Source: an uncultured Gemmatimonadales bacterium
Lineage (GTDB): Bacteria; Gemmatimonadota; Gemmatimonadetes; Longimicrobiales; RSA9
NCBI GenBank assembly: GCA_963741945.1
Contig: CAVUKA010000003.1
Location: forward strand, 828,489 to 892,488
DNA length: 64,000 bases
Direction: 5' to 3'
Shown: positions 19,328-29,385 of the stretch, in pieces
Position numbering within the stretch: the stretch's first letter is position 1
Layout of the letters: every line of letters starts with the position of its first letter
The notes under the pieces: model-generated
Databases searched by the model: none
Seen by the model: the letters and a program-made list of their open reading frames with translations, nothing else
Told to the model about the DNA's origin: nothing
Translations under genes and position numbers: made by a program

Positions 19328-22020
19328 GACTCCGGCTCTGCGTCCGCGGACAGCCCCTCCGCGCTCGGCTCCGCCGACAGCGCCTCGCCGGCCGCTTCGT
19401 CGCCGATCAATTCGTCGCCGATCAACTCGCCGTCGATCGCCTCGTCGTCCTCCGGGACCAGCCGCGCCACGTCCATCACTTCGTCCGCCTCGTCCAGCGC
19501 GATCAGGCGCACGCCCTGCGTGTTGCGACCGATGACCCGGATCTCGGACACCGACTGCCGATTCACCACGCCGTTGCGCGTGATCATGACCAGCTCGTCA
19601 TCCGGGTTGACGCCCTTGATCGACACCACCTTCCCCGTCTTGCTCGTCGTCCGGATGTTGATCACGCCCTTCCCGCCCCGGCCCTGCAGACGGTAGTCGT
19701 CGATCCGGCTTCGCTTCCCGAGCCCCCGCTCCGTCACCACCAGCAGCGTGGGCTCCCCCTCGACTCCCGCTGCCGGCGGCTCCGCCGGCGACGCCCCGTC
19801 ACCCGCCAGCGCGGCCGCTTCCTCGTCCGCCGCCGTGCCGGCCGCCGACGTGGCTCCGCCCGCCTCGCCGATCGCCGCGGCGCCCGGGCGGACCACGACC
19901 ATGCCGACCACGTAGTCGTCCTTCATCAGGCGGATGCCCCGGACGCCGGTGGTGGCCCGCCCCATCTGCCGGACGTCATCCTCCTGGAAGCGGATGGCCA
20001 TGCCCTCGTGCGTGGCCAGGATCACCTGGTCGTCGCCCGACGTGATCTGGACATCGATCAGCTCATCGCCCTCCAGCACGTTGATGGCGTTCACGCCCGT
20101 GACGCGGATGTGCTGGTATGCGCTGAGCGCGCTCTTCTTCACCACGCCGCGACGCGTGGTGAACAGCAGGTTCAGCTCGTCGCTGAACTCGCGCACGGGG
20201 ACCACCGCGGCGATGGCCGCCTCCGGCCCGAGCTGGAGCAGGTTGATGATCGGCTTCCCCCTCGCGGCGCGGCCGACCTGCGGGATCTGGTGCACTTTCA
20301 GCCAGTAGCACTGGCCGCGGCGGGTGAACACCATGAGGTAGTCGTGGGTCTGCGCCAGGAACAGGTGCTCGACCCAGTCTTCCTCCTTCGTGTTCATCCC
20401 CATCAGCCCCCGCCCGCCCCGGCGCTGCGTCCGGTACGTGTCCAGCGGGAGGCGCTTGACATACCCCGCGTGGGAGATGGTGACGACCATGGGCTCGTCG
20501 GGGATCAGGTCCTCGATGGACAGGTCGACACTGTCGCCCACGATCTGGGTCCGCCGGTCGTCGCCGTACTTGTCCGCCAGCTCCTGGAGCTCGTCCTTGA
20601 TGATCTGGAAGCGGCGAGCCTGGTTGGACAGGATGTCCTCCAGGTCCTCGATGGTGGCCAGGACCTGCCGGATCTCCTCTTCCAGCTTCTCGATCTCCAG
20701 CCCCGTGAGGCGGGCCAGGCGCATGTCCAGGATCGCCCGCGCCTGCGCCTCGCTCAGCTCGAACTCCGACATGAGGGAGCCGCGCGCTTCCTCCGTGTCG
20801 CTCGAGCCGCGGACGATCTCGATCACGCGGTCGATGTTGTCGACGGCGATCTTCAGCCCCTGGAGGATGTGCTCGCGCGCCCGGGCCTGCGCCAGGTCGT
20901 GCTCGCTCCGGCGCACGATCACTGTGTGGCGATGATCGATGAAGTGGCGGAGCAGCTCCTTCAGGCTCATGACCCGCGGCACGCCATTGTCCAGCGCCAG
21001 CATGATCACGCCGAACGTGGACTGCATCTGCGTGTGCTTGAACAGCTGGTTCAGCACGATGTAGGGGATGGCGTCGCGCTTGAGCTCGATCACCACGCGC
21101 ATTCCGTCCCGGTCGCTCTCGTCGCGCAGGTCCCGGATGTCCGTGATCCGCTTGTCGCGCACCAGCTGCGCCATCTGCTCGATCATGCGCGCCTTGTTCA
21201 CCATGTACGGGATCTCGTGGACGATGATCCGGCTGCTGCCGTCGTCGTCCTCCTCGATCTGCGCTTTCGCCCGCATGATGATCCGGCCCCGCCCCGTCTC
21301 GTACGCCTCACGGATCCCGTCGCGACCATGGATGAACCCGCCCGTGGGCAGGTCCGGGCCGCGCACGTGCTCCATCAGGTCCGCCACCGTGCACTCCGGG
21401 TTGTCCACCAGGTGCTGCGCCGCCGCCACCACTTCACGCAGGTTGTGCGGCGGGATGTTCGTGGCCATCCCCACCGCGATCCCGGACGCCCCGTTCACCA
21501 GCAGGTTCGGCAGCTTCGACGGCAGGACCACCGGCTCCTCGCGCTGGTCGTCGAACGTGGGCGTGAAGCCCACGGTGTCCTTGTCGATGTCCGCCAGCAG
21601 CTCCTGCGCGATGGCCTGGAGCCTCGCCTCCGTGTACCGGTACGCCGCGGCGTTGTCGCCATCGATGGAGCCGAAGTTCCCCTGCCCGTCCACCAGCGGG
21701 TAGCGCAGCGAGAAGGACTGGACCATCCGCACCATGGCGTCGTACACCGCCGAGTCGCCGTGCGGGTGGTACTTCCCCAGCACTTCGCCCACCACGTTCG
21801 CGCTCTTCTTGTACGGCCGCGTGGGGCCCAGACCCAGCTCGCTCATGGCGTACAGGATCCGCCGGTGCACCGGCTTCAGACCGTCCCGCACGTCCGGCAG
21901 CGCCCGCTGCACGATCACGCTCATCGAGTAGTCCAGGAAGGACTCCCGCATCTCCTCCTCGATGAGGCGAGGAAGGACTTTCGACTGCGTTCCGGGCATG
22001 TCCGGAGTGTCCATCGGCAA
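19324..22020 (-). CDS. gyrA: DNA gyrase subunit A
   Basis: 'DGLKPVHRR', 'YHPHGD', 'AAAYRYTE', GyrA-box 'QRRGGRG', acidic tail. Confidence 0.97.
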   Translation of the reverse strand: MPMDTPDMPGTQSKVLPRLIEEEMRESFLDYSMSVIVQRALPDVRDGLKPVHRRILYAMSELGLGPTRPYKKSANVVGEVLGKYHPHGDSAVYDAMVRMVQSFSLRYPLVDGQGNFGSIDGDNAAAYRYTEARLQAIAQELLADIDKDTVGFTPTFDDQREEPVVLPSKLPNLLVNGASGIAVGMATNIPPHNLREVVAAAQHLVDNPECTVADLMEHVRGPDLPTGGFIHGRDGIREAYETGRGRIIMRAKAQIEEDDDGSSRIIVHEIPYMVNKARMIEQMAQLVRDKRITDIRDLRDESDRDGMRVVIELKRDAIPYIVLNQLFKHTQMQSTFGVIMLALDNGVPRVMSLKELLRHFIDHRHTVIVRRSEHDLAQARAREHILQGLKIAVDNIDRVIEIVRGSSDTEEARGSLMSEFELSEAQARAILDMRLARLTGLEIEKLEEEIRQVLATIEDLEDILSNQARRFQIIKDELQELADKYGDDRRTQIVGDSVDLSIEDLIPDEPMVVTISHAGYVKRLPLDTYRTQRRGGRGLMGMNTKEEDWVEHLFLAQTHDYLMVFTRRGQCYWLKVHQIPQVGRAARGKPIINLLQLGPEAAIAAVVPVREFSDELNLLFTTRRGVVKKSALSAYQHIRVTGVNAINVLEGDELIDVQITSGDDQVILATHEGMAIRFQEDDVRQMGRATTGVRGIRLMKDDYVVGMVVVRPGAAAIGEAGGATSAAGTAADEEAAALAGDGASPAEPPAAGVEGEPTLLVVTERGLGKRSRIDDYRLQGRGGKGVINIRTTSKTGKVVSIKGVNPDDELVMITRNGVVNRQSVSEIRVIGRNTQGVRLIALDEADEVMDVARLVPEDDEAIDGELIGDELIGDEAAGEALSAEPSAEGLSADAEPES

Positions 22021-22149
22021 CCGTTTTCTTGAATGAGTCGAGTCGGGGGGCCGGCCGGTTGACCGGCAACCCCGTAATTTAGCCAGTTTCCAGGGTTTCT
22101 GCGAGTCATTCGTCGTACACCTCCGGGCCTCCGAAGTTCACGCGCGCGC

Positions 22150-22326
22150 GCGCGGAGAACGGCGGAGAGGCGGAGAGAGGCGGAGAGGCGGAGAGGCGGA
22201 GAGGCGGAGAGGCGGAGAGGCGGAGAGGCGGAGAGGCGGAGAGGCGGAGAGCGCGGAGAGGCGGAGAGGCGGAGAGGCGGAGAGGCGGAGAGGCGGAGAG
22301 GCGGAGAGCGGCGGAGAGCGCGGAGG
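22150..22326 (+). repeat. 8-bp tandem repeat (GCGGAGAG)n, about 20 units
   Basis: Directly visible; a few units are GCGGAGAGC variants. Confidence 0.95.
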
Positions 22327-22619
22327 AACAGCGGTTCACGCGGAGCCGCGGAGAACGCGGAGGTCCGGCGGCGAGGGCCGGGAGACGGACTCGCCCGGGC
22401 GGCTTCCGGGGGATTCTCTTTTGTTTGTGCCGCGCGCGGCTACGGTGGCGGCATGGCGGGCCCCGCGGGGGATGCCGGGATCACGGTGGAGCGTCGGAGG
22501 GAGCGGAGGAACAGCGATTCACGCGGAGTCGCGGAGAACGCGGAGGGTCCGGCGGCGCGGGCCGGGAGACGGACTGGCCCGGGCGGCTTCCGGGGGATTC
22601 TCTCTTGTTTCTGCCGGGC
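22320..22619 (+). repeat. Two direct copies of a ~115-bp unit (about 22320-22435 and 22503-22619), each with TTCACGCGGAGYCGCGGAGAACGCGGAG
   Basis: Near-identical sequence from 'gcggaggaacagcg' to 'gggggattctct...ttgttt' in both copies. Confidence 0.9.
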
Positions 22620-22629
22620 GCGTTGACAC

Positions 22630-22950
22630 CGCCCGGCCACTCGGGGGACCCCGGGGGTCCTCCGCGTCCTCCGCGGCTCCGCGGCTCCGCGTGGAATGGT
22701 GTATCGGAGCGCTCGGTGGCGGCGGAGGCTGGCACCGCTCGGCATGCCCCGGCCACTCGGGGCAACCCGGGGGTTCTCCGCGTCCTCCGCGGCTCCGCGT
22801 GGAACGGTGTATCGGAGCGCTCGGTGGCGGCGGAGGCTGGCACCGCCCGGCATGCCCCGGCCGCTCGAAGCAGCCCGGGGGTCCTCCGCGTCCTTCGCGG
22901 CTCCGCGTGGAATGGTGTATCGGAGCGATCGGTGGCGGCGGAGGCTCGCG
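22630..22950 (-). repeat. Three tandem copies of a 108-bp unit carrying the same motif in inverted orientation
   Basis: 'ggaa(t/c)ggtgtatcggagcg' at 22693, 22801 and 22909, each preceded by ctccgcgtcct(c/t)cgcggctccgcgt. Confidence 0.92.
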
Positions 22951-22961
22951 CCGCCCGGACG

Positions 22962-23432
22962 CTAGGAATTGACCCGGAGTCGGGAACCGGAGTCGGGGAC
23001 GTAGCCGTTCACGATGCGGGAGATGCCCTCCTTCATGGTGGGCGCGCCGAAATTGAGGAGGAGGGCGACCTGCAGGTCCATCAGGCGGAGATACGTGAAG
23101 GTCTGCCGGCGGTGGACCGGAAGCAGGTGCTCCACCGCCTTGACCTCCACCACCACGATCTCGTTGATCAGCAGGTCCACCGTGAGCGCGCCGTCGAAAC
23201 GGAGGCCGTCGTATTCGAACGTGACCGGCCGCTGGCGCTCCACCCGCAGTCCACGCCGCGCCAGGTCCTTCGCCAGCAGCCGCTCGTACACCGACTCCAG
23301 CAGCCCCGGCCCCAGCCCCCGGTGCAGCCAGTAGGCGGCATCTACGATCTCCGCCGTGATCACATCCGTTCCGGGCACGACTTCGACGATTCCGCAGTCG
23401 TGTCCCCCGCCCGCCTCACCACTCCCCTTCAT
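22962..23432 (-). CDS. GxxExxY family protein (PD-(D/E)xK nuclease fold)
   Basis: 'LGPGLLESVYE' (GxxExxY), 'VDLLINEIVVVEVKAV', 'LLLNFG'; GAGGAG upstream. Confidence 0.93.
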   Translation of the reverse strand: MKGSGEAGGGHDCGIVEVVPGTDVITAEIVDAAYWLHRGLGPGLLESVYERLLAKDLARRGLRVERQRPVTFEYDGLRFDGALTVDLLINEIVVVEVKAVEHLLPVHRRQTFTYLRLMDLQVALLLNFGAPTMKEGISRIVNGYVPDSGSRLRVNS

Positions 23433-23440
23433 GGCTCCTC

Positions 23441-23580
23441 ACGCAGTTCCCTCCGCGCTCTCCGCGCCTCCGCGTGACCGCAGTTCCTCCGCGCTCTCCG
23501 CGCCCTCCGCGTGACCGCAGTTCCTCCGCGCTCTCCGCGCCCTCCGCGTGACCGCAGTTCCCTCCGCGCTCTCCGCGTGG
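23441..23580 (-). repeat. About 37-bp tandem repeat, ~4 copies (CACGCGGAGGGCGCGGAGAGCGCGGAGGAACTGCG on the minus strand)
   Basis: 'cgcagttcctccgcgctctccgcgccctccgcgtgac' repeated immediately upstream of the GxxExxY gene. Confidence 0.92.
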
Positions 23581-23685
23581 GAATGTTCCGGGTGTGGTGG
23601 GGCACGGGAATGGCCCGATGCGCCGTCCTGCGGGGATACCGGGCGCCGCGCCGCGCCCTGGAACGGTCCGGCCGCTCCGCTCCGC

Positions 23686-25983
23686 CTACTCCGCGGCCTT
23701 GATTCTCTTCTGCAGCTCGTCGATGAGCGCCGAAGCCGTGCCCTCCGCGCCGCCGGTGAGCTCGTCGAGGGACTCCGCGCCGACCAGCCGGGCGGCCTCT
23801 GTCGGCGACAGCCCGGCCTCGGAGACCAGGTCATCGATGAAGCGGCGCTGCCTGGCGCTCGCGGGCTTGCGCTCGTCGTAGACGCGGCGGAGCTCGTCGA
23901 TGGCCGCGCTGGCCTGGACGCTGGTCCGGATCTCGTCGGGAGAGCGATGGCCGGTGAGCTGCTCGAGCTCGTCGTCGTCCAGGGCCAGGTCGGCCACGAG
24001 CTCGCGCAGGTAGGTCATCTGCCGCTCCGTCGGGGCGGGGTGGACGCCGGCGTCGCGGAGCTCGCGGATGAGCTCGCTGGCCTCATCGTAGGAGAGACCG
24101 GAAATGTGGGGATGTGCCGCGCGCACCTCCTCGGGCGCATTCTCCAGCAGCCGGTTGAGCGTCTTCTTCTGGCTGGAGACGATGCCGCCCGCCTTCTTCT
24201 TTTCGAGGGCGATGTTGTGCAGGTCGCGGACTTCGTCGCGCCATTCCTCCCAGCTCGCCGGCGCCGCCTCCTCACCCTCCGCGATCCGGTCCAGCCGCTC
24301 CTCCATCACGGCAGTGAATTCGGGGCTGAACAGCTCCTCCACCACGCTCTCCTCGGCGCCATCCTTCGCGTACAGCGGCGCGGCGTGCAGCCAGATGATG
24401 CGGCCCCGCTCCGTGGGGACGAGGGCGCCATCCTCGAGCGCCACGTAGTCGCGCTCTTCCAGCTTCTCCACGGTGCGGCTGTACGTGGACGGCCGTCCGA
24501 TCCCCGCGTCCTTCATGGCCTTGATCAGCGTGTGCGGCCGGTAGCGCGGCGGCGGCTTGGTCTCGTCCGCCACGAGCAGCGGGTTGTCGCGGTCGTCGGC
24601 GGGCGGGTCCAGCTCCCAGACCGCGCCCTCGGTCAGCGGGACGTCCGGCGGCGACGTGGCCACCTCGCCCATGAACTCGGCGTACGCGGCTTCCCAGCCG
24701 GCGAACGTGCGCCACGAGACGCTCCCCGTGAGCGGCCGGTCGAGCCCGTCGGCCGCGGCCCCGATGCTCACGATGGTGCGCTGCGACGGCGCCATCTGGC
24801 TCGCCAGCGTATGGGCGCGGATGAGGCGGTACATGCGACGCGCGTCGGCGTCGTCCAGCGCGGGCTCCTCCACTTCCAGACGCGTGGGGCGGATCGCCTC
24901 GTGCGCGTCCTGGACCGGCCCCTTCAGCACGCCGCTCGCCGTGCCCGGGCCCAGGTGGTCCTCGCCGAACGCCGCCTTCACCACGTCGCGCGCACGCGCC
25001 ACCGCCGACGCCGCGAGGCGGGTCGAGTCGGTGCGGATGTACGTGATGTGGCCGGCCTCGTAGAGCATCGACGCCAACGCGGACGTCTTCCGGGGCGACC
25101 ACCCGAAGCGCGAGCCCGCGGCCTGGAGCAGCGCGTCCGTGGTCAGCGGCGAGTCCGGGCGACGCTGCCGCGTCCGCTCCGCCAGCAATGTCACGGTCAC
25201 GCGCCCGGCCGCCTTCAACGCCCGCACTGCGCGCCCCGCCAGGTCGCCATCGAACGTGCGGGACGGATGCACCTTGCCCGCCTCGTCATGCCAGGCATCG
25301 GCGTCGTCGCGCTCGTGGAAGCGGACTTCCAGGTCCACGCCCAGCGCCAGCCCGTGCACTTCGAAATACGGGATCGGGACGTGCGCTTCGCGCTCCAGCT
25401 CCCGCTCCACCACGAAGCCGAGCGTGGGCGTCTGCACGCGGCCCATCGACGCGGAGCCGCCCACCAGCGACTTCGCCGTCTTGGCCGACCGATACCCGAT
25501 CAGCCGGTCCAGGAACTTGCGGACCAGCGCGCTCTCCACCATCCGCGCGTCCACCGGCCGCGGATTCGCGATGGCGGCCTCCACCGCCTCCCGCGTCACT
25601 TCCTGGAACGCCACCCGGTGCGTGGGCCCGCGCTCGGAAAGGATGCGGTCGAGACACCAGGCGATGAACTCGCCCTCGCGGTCCGGGTCCGTGGCGATCC
25701 AGAACTCGGCCCCCTCATCGCCCGCCTCGCTGGCCGCGGCCTCCGCCTCCTCCACGATCTTCCGCACCGCCTCCTGCCCCCGCTCCGTCCATACCCACGG
25801 CGGCGACGGCAGCTCGCCCGGACGGTTCGCCCAGTACGCTTTCGACGCGTCCTTCCCGTGCAGCTTCCGGTTGTCCGGCAGCGTCTGCACGTGCCCGCCC
25901 GTCGCGAACACGCTCCACCCGGGACCCAGGTAGTTCTGCAGTGTTCGCGATTTCGCGGCCGATTCGACAATGAGGATATTCAT
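23686..25983 (-). CDS. Type IA DNA topoisomerase with atypical C-terminal repeats
   Basis: TOPRIM 'ILIVES', 'ATDPDREGE', 'SMGRVQ', catalytic 'ITYIRTDS', 'QDAHEAIRPT', 'GIGRPSTY'; no Cys4 zinc ribbons. Confidence 0.92.
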   Translation of the reverse strand: MNILIVESAAKSRTLQNYLGPGWSVFATGGHVQTLPDNRKLHGKDASKAYWANRPGELPSPPWVWTERGQEAVRKIVEEAEAAASEAGDEGAEFWIATDPDREGEFIAWCLDRILSERGPTHRVAFQEVTREAVEAAIANPRPVDARMVESALVRKFLDRLIGYRSAKTAKSLVGGSASMGRVQTPTLGFVVERELEREAHVPIPYFEVHGLALGVDLEVRFHERDDADAWHDEAGKVHPSRTFDGDLAGRAVRALKAAGRVTVTLLAERTRQRRPDSPLTTDALLQAAGSRFGWSPRKTSALASMLYEAGHITYIRTDSTRLAASAVARARDVVKAAFGEDHLGPGTASGVLKGPVQDAHEAIRPTRLEVEEPALDDADARRMYRLIRAHTLASQMAPSQRTIVSIGAAADGLDRPLTGSVSWRTFAGWEAAYAEFMGEVATSPPDVPLTEGAVWELDPPADDRDNPLLVADETKPPPRYRPHTLIKAMKDAGIGRPSTYSRTVEKLEERDYVALEDGALVPTERGRIIWLHAAPLYAKDGAEESVVEELFSPEFTAVMEERLDRIAEGEEAAPASWEEWRDEVRDLHNIALEKKKAGGIVSSQKKTLNRLLENAPEEVRAAHPHISGLSYDEASELIRELRDAGVHPAPTERQMTYLRELVADLALDDDELEQLTGHRSPDEIRTSVQASAAIDELRRVYDERKPASARQRRFIDDLVSEAGLSPTEAARLVGAESLDELTGGAEGTASALIDELQKRIKAAE

Positions 25984-26168
25984 GCGGCCCGGACGGTAAA
26001 GGGTCGGCGGCCGGGGGACAAGGTGCGCGGGTGCCCCCGTGAGGCTGTCCCGACCGGGCCCGCGCCGCCATCTTCAGACTGGTGGACCGGTTGGCCGGTC
26101 CGCAGGGGCAACCGCGTCGCCGTCCGCCGTGGCGGTGGCGCTCCGGAACGGAGCCTGTCGTGATCACG

Positions 26169-27497
26169 ATGACGCCGACGACGGCGCAACCCGAGCGCGC
26201 GCTCGACCCTCTGCCACCGGATCTCCTCGAGGAGATCCGGGAAGGGCGGTGCGTGGCCTTCGTGGGGGCGGGCTTTTCCGCGCCGGCGGGGCTCCCCTCC
26301 TGGCGCGACCTGCTGCTCCGGATCACCGGGGAAGTGGCCACGCCGGGAGTGCTGACGTACGCGTTGCACAGGCTCGGCAGCGGGTCGTCGGATGGCAACG
26401 AGGAGGTGGCGCAGATCCTCGAGCGCGAGCTGGGCCGGGAGCGGTTCGAGCGCGCGCTGCGGCGGGAGCTGGCCGTGGAGCGCTATCCCGACGCCATGAC
26501 GAAGCGGCTCAACCTGCTCTACAACATCCCGTTCCAGGCCGTCCTGACCACGAACTTCGACACCGTGCTCCCCGGCGAGATCCCGGGACGCGACGTCTAC
26601 CAGAAGGTGCTGAAGCACCAGCGGAGCGTCCGGTCTCTGTTCGCCCGCGCCATGAACGAGGGGAGCACGCACTGGCCCACGCCCGTGGTCAAGCTGCACG
26701 GCGACATCACCCGGCCGGGCAGCACGGTTCTGTCGCGGCTCGACTACCGCCGGCGGCTCTACAGCGATATCGCCTATCTCGGGTTCCTGCGCTCCGTCTT
26801 CCTGTACAACACGGTCCTCTATCTCGGCTTCTCCTTCACGGACGCCTACATCAACCAGCTCCGCTCCGAGACGCTGGAGATGCTGGGCCGCCGCCCGGAA
26901 GACCGCCCCCGTTCCTACGCCGTCATCAACGACGTGCCCGATGTCGCCCGCAAACACCTGCTGGAAGTGGAAGGGATCGAGGTCCTCTCCTACGACAGCC
27001 GGGCCGGGACCGACTTCAGCGATTTCGACCGGATCCTGGAAGCGATCCAGGATCACACCAACCCGCTGGCCCACTTCGGACGGATGCTCGCCGACAAGCG
27101 CATCCTCTGGGTGGACCAGGACCGCCGCAACGTGGAGCCCATCACCGACGTGGTGCTTCCCGCCGCGGCCGCCGCCGCCAAGGCGCCCCCCTGCCGCGTC
27201 GACTTCGCCCCCACGGTGGTGGACGCCGTCTCCAGGCTCCGGCGCGACAGTGGCTACGACCTCGTCATCACCCACTGGGGCCATTACGCCCCGGGCTGCC
27301 CCACCGCGCTGCAGATCCTCTCCCACATCCGGGCCAGCGACGTGCAGGTGCCCCTGATCGTCTTCGCCTCCGTCGATTACGCCGACGAGAACAAGGCCGA
27401 GCTGCTGCGCCGCGGGGGAATCGGATACTACCACAGCTGGGATGGCGTGCTGCGCGGGATGGAGCACGTGTTCTCCTCCGCCCGCGACGAGGGCTGA
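26169..27497 (+). CDS. SIR2-like (SIR2_2) domain protein with C-terminal receiver-like domain
   Basis: 'FVGAGFS', 'LTTNFD', 'KLHG', 'LYLGFSFTD'; C-terminal 'RILWVD...YDLVIT...PLIVFAS'. Start could be GTG 26160. Confidence 0.85.
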   Translation: MTPTTAQPERALDPLPPDLLEEIREGRCVAFVGAGFSAPAGLPSWRDLLLRITGEVATPGVLTYALHRLGSGSSDGNEEVAQILERELGRERFERALRRELAVERYPDAMTKRLNLLYNIPFQAVLTTNFDTVLPGEIPGRDVYQKVLKHQRSVRSLFARAMNEGSTHWPTPVVKLHGDITRPGSTVLSRLDYRRRLYSDIAYLGFLRSVFLYNTVLYLGFSFTDAYINQLRSETLEMLGRRPEDRPRSYAVINDVPDVARKHLLEVEGIEVLSYDSRAGTDFSDFDRILEAIQDHTNPLAHFGRMLADKRILWVDQDRRNVEPITDVVLPAAAAAAKAPPCRVDFAPTVVDAVSRLRRDSGYDLVITHWGHYAPGCPTALQILSHIRASDVQVPLIVFASVDYADENKAELLRRGGIGYYHSWDGVLRGMEHVFSSARDEG

Positions 27498-27518
27498 GGC
27501 CGGCAGCCTACCCGGGCC

Positions 27519-27917
27519 ATGTCGCCATCCGAGCCACCCGCCATTCCCGTCCTCGCCGCCGTCATCCGGCGCGGCAACCACGTCCTCCTCGGCCGCCGAC
27601 CCGCCGGAACGCGCCATGCCGGGCTGTGGGAGTTCCCGGGTGGCAAGCTGGAGCCCGGCGAGTCGTGGACCGGGGCTGCGACGAGGGAGCTGCGGGAGGA
27701 GCTGGGCGTGGAAGTCGCCCGCGTCGGAACCCCTCTTCGGCGGCACCAGGACCCCGGCTCCCGCTTCGAGATCGTCTTCGCCGACGTGGAGATCCGCGGC
27801 GAGCCACGGCCGCTCGAGCACGACGAGCTGCGGTGGGTCCGAACGGAGGAGCTGTCCGCGCTGCCCATGCCCCCCGCGGATGCCGCGTTCGTCGACTGGC
27901 TGGCCGGGCGGCGCTGA
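27519..27917 (+). CDS. NUDIX hydrolase (MutT/NudG-like)
   Basis: 'WEFPGGKLEPGESWTGAATRELREELG' Nudix box. Confidence 0.92.
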   Translation: MSPSEPPAIPVLAAVIRRGNHVLLGRRPAGTRHAGLWEFPGGKLEPGESWTGAATRELREELGVEVARVGTPLRRHQDPGSRFEIVFADVEIRGEPRPLEHDELRWVRTEELSALPMPPADAAFVDWLAGRR

Positions 27918-27990
27918 GGGGGGGATCACGCACGGCCCCGACGCCCGGGGGGGGCGGCCGGACCGTGTCAGGGGGCGACGGGGCCGTGAA

Positions 27991-28644
27991 TCAGAACCGG
28001 GCGGGCTCCCGCGCGCGGCGGACGGTCCACTCGTGCAGCGGCTGCATGCGCGCCCTCGCCTCCGCGAACAGAGTCTCCCACGCCATCCGTCCACCCGCCT
28101 CGTACTCGAACGTCAGGCGCGGCGAGACTTCGCCTTCCACCTGCTCGCCGCCATCCAGCGTCACCACCTGCGTGGCGCGGCCGCGGAGCCGCCGGCGGGC
28201 GTTGAGGCAGCCGGACGCCTCGTCGAGAGACGCCCTCCACCCCTCCGGCGAGAGGTCGCCGAGGGCGATGGGCGTGGGCCCGATGAAGCCCTCCTCGATC
28301 TCCGGGCGGGCCATGGGCTGCCAGTAGTCGCGCCGCCAGAGCAGACGCACGGAAGCCAGTCCCGGATGCTCGCGCAGCAGCACGAACAGCCGGGGCTCCC
28401 GCAGCTCACGCCCGATCAGGCGGGCGACGGGCCAGTCGTCGTACTGCATCCCCTCGAGGTTCACCCCCACCCACTGGCGACCATCGCGGGGATCGTAGCC
28501 CGCGGTCCACTGCACGCCCTCCTCGTCGTCGCTGAGGCCGCCCACCTTCGCGGCCGGGCTGCCGAACGGGGCCAGACGACTTCCGAACACGCGGCTGAAC
28601 GCGACGCGCATCGCGTCGGCTTCCGGACCGAGCCATTCCAGCAT
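27991..28644 (-). CDS. Hypothetical protein
   Basis: 217-aa ORF with globular-protein composition; no motif recognised. Confidence 0.6.
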   Translation of the reverse strand: MLEWLGPEADAMRVAFSRVFGSRLAPFGSPAAKVGGLSDDEEGVQWTAGYDPRDGRQWVGVNLEGMQYDDWPVARLIGRELREPRLFVLLREHPGLASVRLLWRRDYWQPMARPEIEEGFIGPTPIALGDLSPEGWRASLDEASGCLNARRRLRGRATQVVTLDGGEQVEGEVSPRLTFEYEAGGRMAWETLFAEARARMQPLHEWTVRRAREPARF

Positions 28645-28845
28645 TTAAGCGCTCCTGTGGGGACAACGTCCGGCGAGGCGGGGTGCCGCGGCCGGCGAGA
28701 AAATGGCCGCCGGCGCCCGGGCCCGCAACGATTCGCGTCAGGCCGCCAGCTCCTCCGTCGAGCCCGGGCACGACTCCCGGCGCGACGCCTGCCACGACGA
28801 GCAACACGCTGAAGATAACACGGGGCGGGATGTCCCGGGGCCGAA

Positions 28846-29385
28846 CGCCCTCGACGCCCTCGACGCCCTCGACGCCCTCGTCGTCCTCGTCGTCCTCGTC
28901 GTCCTCGTCGTCCTCGTCGCCCTCGTCGCCCTCGTCGCCCTCGTCTCCCCGTCTCCCTCGTCGTCCTCGTCGCCCTCGTCGCCCTCGTCGCCCTCGTCGT
29001 CCTCGTCGTCCTCGTCGTCCTCGACGCCCTCGTCGCCCTCGTCGCCCTCGTCGCCCTCGTCGCCCTCGTCGCCCTCGTCGCCCTCGTCGCCCTCGTCGTC
29101 CTCGACGCCCTCGTCGTCCTCGACGCCCTCGACGCCCTCGTCGCCCTCGTCGCCCTCGTCGCCCTCGTCGCCCTCGTCGCCCTCGTCGCCCTCGTCGCCC
29201 TCGTCGCCCTCGTCGCCCTCGTCGTCCTCGACGCCCTCGTCGCCCTCGTCGTCCTCGTCGCCCTCGTCGTCCTCGTCGTCCTCGTCGTCCTCGTCGTCCT
29301 CGTCGTCCTCGTCGTCCTCGTCGTCCTCGTCGTCCTCGACGTCCTCGACGTCCTCGTCGTCCTCGTCGCCCTCGTCGCCCTCGTC
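28846..29385. repeat. 9-bp variable tandem repeat (CCCTCGTCG / TCCTCGTCG / CCCTCGACG), about 60 units
   Basis: Directly visible; one interruption near 28940-28956. Confidence 0.95.

Noticed and set aside
22320-23582. Possible CRISPR array
   Set aside because: The intervening sequences are near-identical rather than unique spacers, orientations are mixed, and no cas genes are present.
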